Below are positions 57,372 to 64,000 of a DNA stretch of 64,000 nucleotides, in pieces. Every line of letters starts with the position of its first letter. Position 1 is the stretch's first letter. The position numbers were made by a program, and so were the translations under genes. The notes beneath the pieces are model-generated. The model was not told the origin of the DNA. It searched no databases and saw nothing but the letters and a program-made list of their open reading frames with translations. This DNA is from Polyangiales bacterium (GTDB lineage: Bacteria; Myxococcota_A; Polyangia; Polyangiales; Ga0077539). The stretch is taken from the NCBI GenBank assembly GCA_044229975.1, contig JBGARZ010000019.1, positions 1-64,000 of the forward strand. Direction: 5' to 3'.

Positions 57372-59558
57372 TCACTTCACGAAGAGCAGCTCGCGGTACG
57401 ACGGGATCGGCCAGAGGTGGGCGCCGATGCGGGTCTCCAGCTCGTCACCGAGGCGGCGCAGCTCGGACATCAGCGGGACGACCTTGGTCTTCAGGTACGT
57501 AGCGTGACGGGCAGCGTCGCCGTCCTCGTGGTTGTCGGCCTCGTCGACCGCCGCGAGTGTCTGGTTGAAGCGCGTCGCGAGGTCGACGAACGCGCGGAGC
57601 TGCGCGATGGTGTCGGGGCTCTCGACGCCCGCCGCCTTGCAGGCCGCGACCGACTGGGCGAGCTCCGTCTGCTGGGCGAGCGCCGCGGCGGCGATCACCT
57701 GGCGCCCGAGGAGCACCATCGCTTCGGACTCGATGAGCAGCTCCTTTGCGTACTTCTCCTGGGCGATGTGCACGCGGCTCTCGACCTCGGTGGCGCTGAG
57801 CACGCGGTACTTCTCGAAGAGCGCGATGTTCTTCGCGGCGCCGAGGGCGGGGATGGCGGTGAGGCAGTCGCGGAGGTTGGGCAGGCCGCGGCGCTCGGCC
57901 TCGGCGTGCCACTCGGCGGAGTAGCCGTCGCCGTTGAAGATCACGCGCTTGTGCTTCTTGATGATGTCCTGGAGGAGCGTCGTGACGGCTCCGCGGACCT
58001 TGTCCTTGTCGCCGCCGCTGGCCTTCTCCAGCTCGGTGGCGACGTAGTCGAGCGACTCGGCGACGATGGTGTTGAGCACCGTCGTCGGCCACGCCACCGT
58101 CTGCCCCGAGCCCACCGCGCGAAACTCGAACTTGTTGCCCGTGAACGCGAAGGGCGAGGTGCGGTTGCGGTCGCCGGAGTCGCGCGGAATCTGCGGGAGC
58201 GAGCTCGTCCCGAGGTTGATGGCGCCGCCCTTCATGGTGCGCTCGGACACGCCGCGCTCGAGCTGCTCGATGATGTCCGTGAGCATGTCGCCGAGGAAGA
58301 TGGAGATGATCGCCGGCGGGGCCTCGTTGGCGCCGAGGCGGTGGTCGTTGGAGGCCGACGCGACGGACGAGCGCAGCAGGTCGCCGTGCAGGTCGACGGC
58401 GCGCACGACGGCGCAGAGCACCACGAGGAAGGCCGTGTTGGTGTGGGTGTCGTCGCGCGGGTCGAGGAGGTTGGTGCCGGCGTCGGTGGCGAGCGACCAG
58501 TTGAGGTGCTTGCCCGAGCCGTTGACGCCCGCGAAGGGCTTCTCGTGCAGCAGCGCCTGGAACCCGTGACCGTGCGCCACGCGGCGCAGCGTCTCCATCA
58601 CGAGCATCTGGTGGTCGCAGGCGATGTTGGCCGTCTCGAAGATCGGCGCGAGCTCGAACTGCCCCGGCGCGACTTCATTGTGGCGGGTCTTCACCGGCAC
58701 GCCGACGCGGTACAGCTCGCGCTCGACGTCGCCCATGAACGCGAGGACGCGCGGCGGGATGGCGCCGAAGTAGTGGTCTTCGAGCTGCTGCCCCTTCGGC
58801 GGCTTGGCGCCGAAGAGGGTGCGCTCGCAGGTCATGAGGTCGGGGCGCGCGGCGTAGAGGTTGCGGTCGACGAGGAAGTACTCCTGCTCGCAGCCCGCGG
58901 TGGCCACCACGCGGGAGACGCCCGCGTCGGCGCCGAGCACGCGCAGCACGCGCAGGGCGTGGTGCGAGAGCGCATCCATGGAGCGCAGGAGGGGGGTCTT
59001 CTGGTCGAGCGCGGCGCCCGTCCACGACACGAAGGCGGTCGGGATGACGAGGGTGACCTCGCCGGCGTTGCGCATGAGGAAGGCGGGGCTGGTCGCGTCC
59101 CAGGCGGTGTAGCCGCGGGCCTCGAAGGTGGCGCGCAGGCCGCCCGACGGGAAGCTCGACGCGTCGGGCTCGCTCTGCACGAGCTCCGAGCCGGAGAGGG
59201 TGAACTGCACGCTGCCGCGGCCGTCGATGCTGATGAGCGCGTCGTGCTTCTCGGCGGTGGAGCCGGTCAGCGGTTGAAACCAGTGGGTGTAGTGGGTCGC
59301 GCCGTTTTCGACGGCCCACTCCTTCATCGCGCACGCGACCGTGTCGGCGACCTGCGGGGCGAGGGGCTCGCCCTGTTCGAGGGTGCGGAGCAGCGCGCGG
59401 TAGGTGCTCTTGGGCAGGCGCCGCTGCATCTCGGCGCGCGAGAAGACGTCGGCCCCGAAGGCCTCGTCGACGGGCAGCCCCCCGGCCGGACGCGGCGGGT
59501 TCTCGGGGCGGGAAATGGCGGCGGAGATGGCCTTGTGGCGTTGGTCGGCGGTGATCAT
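57372..59558 (-). CDS. glnA: Glutamine synthetase type III
   Basis: [60 protein letters not shown]. Confidence 0.95.
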   Translation of the reverse strand: MITADQRHKAISAAISRPENPPRPAGGLPVDEAFGADVFSRAEMQRRLPKSTYRALLRTLEQGEPLAPQVADTVACAMKEWAVENGATHYTHWFQPLTGSTAEKHDALISIDGRGSVQFTLSGSELVQSEPDASSFPSGGLRATFEARGYTAWDATSPAFLMRNAGEVTLVIPTAFVSWTGAALDQKTPLLRSMDALSHHALRVLRVLGADAGVSRVVATAGCEQEYFLVDRNLYAARPDLMTCERTLFGAKPPKGQQLEDHYFGAIPPRVLAFMGDVERELYRVGVPVKTRHNEVAPGQFELAPIFETANIACDHQMLVMETLRRVAHGHGFQALLHEKPFAGVNGSGKHLNWSLATDAGTNLLDPRDDTHTNTAFLVVLCAVVRAVDLHGDLLRSSVASASNDHRLGANEAPPAIISIFLGDMLTDIIEQLERGVSERTMKGGAINLGTSSLPQIPRDSGDRNRTSPFAFTGNKFEFRAVGSGQTVAWPTTVLNTIVAESLDYVATELEKASGGDKDKVRGAVTTLLQDIIKKHKRVIFNGDGYSAEWHAEAERRGLPNLRDCLTAIPALGAAKNIALFEKYRVLSATEVESRVHIAQEKYAKELLIESEAMVLLGRQVIAAAALAQQTELAQSVAACKAAGVESPDTIAQLRAFVDLATRFNQTLAAVDEADNHEDGDAARHATYLKTKVVPLMSELRRLGDELETRIGAHLWPIPSYRELLFVK

Positions 59559-59751
59559 GACGGGTCCATCCTTGCGGCCCCCACGGTCGGGGGGGGTTGG
59601 GGTGACAGCGAGCAGGCGTCGTCGGGTGGCGTCGACCGGTGAGTTGGCGCGCGCGGGCCGGTACGCTCTCAAGGCGCTTGCCGCGGTGTCAAGCTCCTCG
59701 TTGCTGCACTGCGGCATCGACGTGCGAACCGCGGTTGATAGAGTGCGCCGC

Positions 59752-60765
59752 GTGAAGCGAGTCGCGCGTTGGTTGGCCGTCGGCGGGTTGGGGGTGCTGG
59801 TCGTAGGGTGCGGTGACGAGGCGGGCGGCACGCGGCCGACCCCCGACGCGGGCTCCCGCTGCGAGGGGCTGTGCGGCTGCGCGCAGGCGGGGCCGCCGGA
59901 CATCACCCGCGCGGGCTCCGGGATGCCCGCGGAGTCGTCCACCGACGATCAGCGGGCTGCGCTCCAGCGGGCCAACCTGTGGCGCACGTCGGCGGGTCTC
60001 GCGCCGCTCAACGCGCACGCGCTGCTGGAGCAGGCGGCGACGGCGCACTCGGAGTTCATGGTGGGCAACGCGTCGAGCTGCTGGCCAGGCGCGCACAACG
60101 AGGTGATGAGCGCGAGCTGTCGCGGGTTCACCGGCGCCGCGCCCGGTGCGCGCGCGACGGCGGCGGGGTACCGACCGGCCGCGTTGGGCGAGGTCATCAA
60201 CTGGGAGTCGACGCCCGCGGCCGCCATCGACGGCTGGATCTGGACCGTCTACCACCGCTTCCCCTTCGTGAACCCCGACTACACGGAGGTCGGCTTCGCC
60301 GCCGTGCCGGGCACCTTCAGCGGGCGGCGCACCAACTTCAACACGATGGAGTTCGCGCGGCCGTCGGGCGAGCCCACCGCGGTGCTCACCGAGCCCGCCG
60401 TGTTTCCGCCGCCGGGTCAGTCCGACGTGCCGGTGCTCTTCCGCGGCAACCTGGAGGGCCCGACCCCGCCGCTGCCCGCCACGGGTCGCTGGCCGAGCGG
60501 ACCGGTCATCACGGTGACCTTCCCGTCGACGGAGTTCGAGCTGACGGTGCACAAGATCTACGACGTGTCGTGCGCCGAGGTGCCGAGCTCGTACTTCACC
60601 GCGCGCACCAGCACGGACAGCAACGTGCGCAACCTCGCGCGGCGCATCGCGTTCTTCTACCCCGACGAGCCGCTCGCGGCGTCGAGCGAGTACACCGTCG
60701 AGGCGCGCGGAACGGTCGACGGACAGCCGTGGTCGAGGGTCTGGCGCTTCACCACCGCGAGGTGA
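59752..60765 (+). CDS. CAP (SCP) domain lipoprotein with C-terminal Ig-like domain
   Basis: VVGC; NLWR..AGL..L...L..AA.AHS.FM; W..TVYHR. Confidence 0.8.
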   Translation: MKRVARWLAVGGLGVLVVGCGDEAGGTRPTPDAGSRCEGLCGCAQAGPPDITRAGSGMPAESSTDDQRAALQRANLWRTSAGLAPLNAHALLEQAATAHSEFMVGNASSCWPGAHNEVMSASCRGFTGAAPGARATAAGYRPAALGEVINWESTPAAAIDGWIWTVYHRFPFVNPDYTEVGFAAVPGTFSGRRTNFNTMEFARPSGEPTAVLTEPAVFPPPGQSDVPVLFRGNLEGPTPPLPATGRWPSGPVITVTFPSTEFELTVHKIYDVSCAEVPSSYFTARTSTDSNVRNLARRIAFFYPDEPLAASSEYTVEARGTVDGQPWSRVWRFTTAR

Positions 60766-60776
60766 AGGCTACGGGC

Positions 60777-61718
60777 ATGACCCACTCGTTCAAGCCGGTC
60801 TCGCCGCGTGAGGTGCCGCGCTTCGCCGGCGTGTCGACCTTCCTCCGACTACCCCTGCACGACGACCCGCGCGACGTCGACGCGCTCATCATCGGCGCAC
60901 CCTTCGACGGCGGAACCACCTACCGCCCCGGCGCTCGCTTCGGGCCGCGCGGCGTTCGGCAGGCGAGCGCGCTCACTCGCGGCTTCCACCCCGACCCCGA
61001 CATCGACCTCTTCGAGACGCTGCGCTGCGCCGACGGCGGCGACGTCGCGTGCGTCCCGATGGACATGGCGCTGTCCCTCGCGCGCATCGAAGCGCGCGTC
61101 GCGGAGATCGCCGCGGCGGGTGCCGTGAGCGCGGTCATCGGCGGTGATCACACGTGTTCGCTGCCTGCGATCAGGGCGCTCGCGAAGGTGCACGGGCCGC
61201 TCGGGCTGGTGCACTTCGACGCGCACAGCGACACGTACCCGGCGGCGTGGGGCATCGACCCGCACCACGGAACGATCTTCCGCAACATGGTCGAGGAAGG
61301 CCTCGTGCGCGGCGGCGACGTGCTCCAGATCGGCATTCGGGGACCGTTCTCGACGCGCGACGATCTGGCCTTCGCGAAGGCTGCGGGCTTCACGGTGTTG
61401 AGCGCGGAGGACGTCCATCGCGACCTCGACGGCGTCATCGCGCGCATCGCGGGACTCACTCCGAACAAGCCCTACTACGTGAGCTTCGACGTCGACGCCG
61501 TGGACCCCTCGATGGCACCTGGGACGGGCACGCCGGTGCCCGGCGGGCTCTTCTCGTGGCAGGCGCTGGCCATGGTCAGGGCAACAAAATCACTTCGCGT
61601 CGTGGGCTGTGATGTCATGGAAGTGTCGCCCGATTTCGACGTCAATCAGATGACATCTCTCCTCGGGGCCAATGTTCTCGCAGAAATGTTGGCAGCCATC
61701 GCCGCCCACCGGCGCTGA
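60777..61718 (+). CDS. speB: Agmatinase / ureohydrolase
   Basis: PGARFGP, GGDH, HFDAHSD, SFDVDAVDP..APGTGTP. Confidence 0.9.
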   Translation: MTHSFKPVSPREVPRFAGVSTFLRLPLHDDPRDVDALIIGAPFDGGTTYRPGARFGPRGVRQASALTRGFHPDPDIDLFETLRCADGGDVACVPMDMALSLARIEARVAEIAAAGAVSAVIGGDHTCSLPAIRALAKVHGPLGLVHFDAHSDTYPAAWGIDPHHGTIFRNMVEEGLVRGGDVLQIGIRGPFSTRDDLAFAKAAGFTVLSAEDVHRDLDGVIARIAGLTPNKPYYVSFDVDAVDPSMAPGTGTPVPGGLFSWQALAMVRATKSLRVVGCDVMEVSPDFDVNQMTSLLGANVLAEMLAAIAAHRR

Positions 61719-61828
61719 GGCCGACCCACTGTCAAATACCTGGCAGGTTACCCCTGCCTCCACTCTCCCACGGAACGTCTCGACCCCCCCTTCAAAGCCG
61801 CTTCGAGTCGGCCGATGTGTTGAGGGCG

Positions 61829-63436
61829 ATGGGCACTCAACAAAGCATCCCGAGCTTCGGTCGCCTGGGCTTCAACTACGGCGAGCAGGACGTCGACCCG
61901 CCCGATCATCACCACGTCGGACCGTGGGCGGTGTTCCAGGCGTTCAGTCGGGAGCGCGACTTCGCCGAAGACCGCAACCGTGCGGCGCTCGCCATGCGCT
62001 ACCTGTCCGTCGACCCGGCCTCGCCGCGGGCGTACCTCCTGGCGATGGGTCGCTGCGCCCTCAACGTCACCGAGGCCGCGCGCATCAACGACGAGACCCT
62101 CGACGACGTCGACCTCTTCGTCCGCATCCTGGAGCGCGGCGCCCACCACCGCGCGCTGCTGGTCACCTCGGTGCCGCCCGTCGAGATCGAGCCTGCGACG
62201 GAGGCCGAGTTCGAGCTCAAGCAGTCGGCCGTGCGTTCGCGCCCCGCCGATGCGCCGCGCAACGAGCGCGACTTCGCCCCGCGCGACGTGCTCCTCCATC
62301 CGCTCGTCGTGGGGTCGCTCGGTGAGGCGCACCTCGCGCTGCGCCGCGAGCCCGGCGGCCGCGGCCACTGGGTGCTGGTCAAGCTGCTCGACCGCGATTT
62401 CGTCGAGTCGCCCATCGACGCCGAGCTTCGCCGCGTCGAGGCCAACCTACGCGGCCCCAACGTGTGCCCGGTGCTCGAACTCGGTCGGCGCGACGGCGTG
62501 GGCTGTCACATCTCCGAGTACCAGCACGGCCTCTCGCTCGCGCAGATCGCCCGCCAGGCGGCCCCCCTCGGAGGCATGCCGACGCACATCGCGGCGACCA
62601 TCGTCTCGCAGGCCGCGCGGGGCCTCGCGATCGCGCACGGTCACCTCGACGCGCACGGGCGGCCGCGGCCCATCGTGCACCGCGACATCTCCCCGCAGGC
62701 GCTGCTGGTGATGTTCGAGGGCGCGACGCGGGTGCTCGGCTTCGGGATGCCCCGCCCGATGGAGTCGAAGGGCGGCTTCACGCGCAAGGGAGACTTCAAG
62801 GGACGCCCGGCGTACATGGCCCCGGAGCAGCTCCGCGGCCACTCGCCCGACCCGACGATGGACGTGTGGTCGCTGGGGGTGATCCTCTGGGAGATCATCG
62901 TCGGGCGTCGGCTCTTCACCGGCGCGACGGAGGTCGACACCATCGCCGGCGTGCTCAGCGCGCCGATTCCCCGCCCGTCGTCGCTCCGCAAGGAGGTGGA
63001 CGGCGCCTTCGACGAGATGATCTTCCGGGCGCTCGATCGCGACCCCGCGCAGCGCTACCGCGACGCCGGGGAGTTTGCGCGGGCCCTGGAGGCGACGCGT
63101 GCCGCGGACACCTGGGCCGGCAACGAGGCGGTCGCGCACTACGTCCAGACGCGCTTCGCCGCAGAGCGCGACCTGCGCGAGGCGCTGCTGCAAGACCTCG
63201 GGGCGCAGGCCGCGCGGAACTTCGAGCCCGTGGCCAACGACGACGCGCGCCGCAGCGTTCCAGCCCTCTTCGACGAGGATGCTGTCACTCCGGCCATCGC
63301 GCGTCCGATGTTGGCGCCCATCGTGCCCGACTTCGGTGCGCCGCCGGCCGACCAGCCGAAGTCGGCGGTCATCTCTGGCGTCCAGGCGAAGCGCACCCCG
63401 CGGGAGAGCCCCATCGCCCGACGCCAGGTTCGCTAA
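61829..63436 (+). CDS. Ser/Thr kinase-like protein (probable pseudokinase) with unknown N-terminal domain
   Basis: HRDISPQA, GFG instead of DFG, YMAPEQ, DVWSLG. Confidence 0.82.
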   Translation: MGTQQSIPSFGRLGFNYGEQDVDPPDHHHVGPWAVFQAFSRERDFAEDRNRAALAMRYLSVDPASPRAYLLAMGRCALNVTEAARINDETLDDVDLFVRILERGAHHRALLVTSVPPVEIEPATEAEFELKQSAVRSRPADAPRNERDFAPRDVLLHPLVVGSLGEAHLALRREPGGRGHWVLVKLLDRDFVESPIDAELRRVEANLRGPNVCPVLELGRRDGVGCHISEYQHGLSLAQIARQAAPLGGMPTHIAATIVSQAARGLAIAHGHLDAHGRPRPIVHRDISPQALLVMFEGATRVLGFGMPRPMESKGGFTRKGDFKGRPAYMAPEQLRGHSPDPTMDVWSLGVILWEIIVGRRLFTGATEVDTIAGVLSAPIPRPSSLRKEVDGAFDEMIFRALDRDPAQRYRDAGEFARALEATRAADTWAGNEAVAHYVQTRFAAERDLREALLQDLGAQAARNFEPVANDDARRSVPALFDEDAVTPAIARPMLAPIVPDFGAPPADQPKSAVISGVQAKRTPRESPIARRQVR

Positions 63437-64000
63437 CGGCGGTCGGCGAGGCGTCCGAGGGTCGTGCGGGCGTGCTTGCGGCACGGCCACGCAGGACGAC
63501 CGCGGTCTTCGAGCTCGTCGACGGACAGGGTCGCGCCGTCGATCCAGTGGCCGCCGAGGCCCCGCGCGCTCACCGTCGGAACCGCTCTCACATCACTGAA
63601 CGCGACGGCACCCGAGGCGTCGCGTCCGAGGTCGAGCTCGACGAGGGCGCCAACGCGACACGCGAGCGTGGGCATGATGGTCGCGAGGTTGCCCAGCGAC
63701 CACGCGATGAGCCCGAAGCGGGGAGATCCACCGCGGCGCGCCTGGAGCGGGCACGCGGGGTCGGCGCCGTCGATGGACACCATCTCGATGGGCTGAAGCA
63801 CGTGGGGGGACGAGCCCACGATGAGGTCGAAGCCGAGCTCGATGAGGCGGAGCGCGTCGGCGCGTTGTGGGGCTGCGGGCCAGTACTCGTACTCGAAGCC
63901 CCAATGGGCCGAGAGCAGGTGGAGGTCGCGCGGGGTCGCGGCGAGGTCGGCGTAGCGGCTCCAGTCGGGCGTGTGATCCGGTGAGCCGAAGCGCTCGACG
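63433..64000 (-). CDS. CapA/PGA_cap family metallophosphoesterase-like protein, 5' part outside the window
   Basis: SAHWGFEYEYWP, GFDLIVGSSPHVLQPIE, WSLGNL. Confidence 0.8.
   Translation of the reverse strand, partial: VERFGSPDHTPDWSRYADLAATPRDLHLLSAHWGFEYEYWPAAPQRADALRLIELGFDLIVGSSPHVLQPIEMVSIDGADPACPLQARRGGSPRFGLIAWSLGNLATIMPTLACRVGALVELDLGRDASGAVAFSDVRAVPTVSARGLGGHWIDGATLSVDELEDRGRPAWPCRKHARTTLGRLADRR

Noticed and set aside
1..64000. tRNA, rRNA, CRISPR array, oriC
   Set aside because: None recognised by eye; covariance-model and DnaA-box scans were not possible.

Overview
Very GC-rich bacterial chromosomal window, most likely from a myxobacterium (Myxococcota, probably Polyangia). This is inferred from five Hanks-type Ser/Thr kinase-like genes, an FHA-DUF4388 protein, a zinc-ribbon/GYF_2 GltJ-like gene, CdnL and Cys-rich lipoproteins. 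The first ~3.9 kb is a four-gene Mu/Tn7-like transposon (Zn-finger/HTH protein, DDE transposase, ExeA/TnsC-like AAA+ ATPase, and a small protein ending in an SSB-like acidic tail) that abuts the 3' remnant of an IS3-family element. The rest is mostly core genome (rpmH-rnpA-yidD-yidC-jag, radC, smc, rng, cdnL, gshB, etfBA, hpt, carboxyltransferase, ppx, GS-III, speB) mixed with signalling genes and secreted hydrolases. The most interesting observations are the transposon architecture and its RBS-masking leader, an orphan pair of degenerate FliQ/FliR-type export-gate genes behind the GltJ-like gene, an ADP-ribosylglycohydrolase/RNA ligase pair, a 39-aa highly basic protein with its own promoter, two GFG-type pseudokinases and a tandem HTH/pseudo-receiver regulator. 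All family calls come from reading motifs by eye; no searches were run, and some start codons are best guesses.
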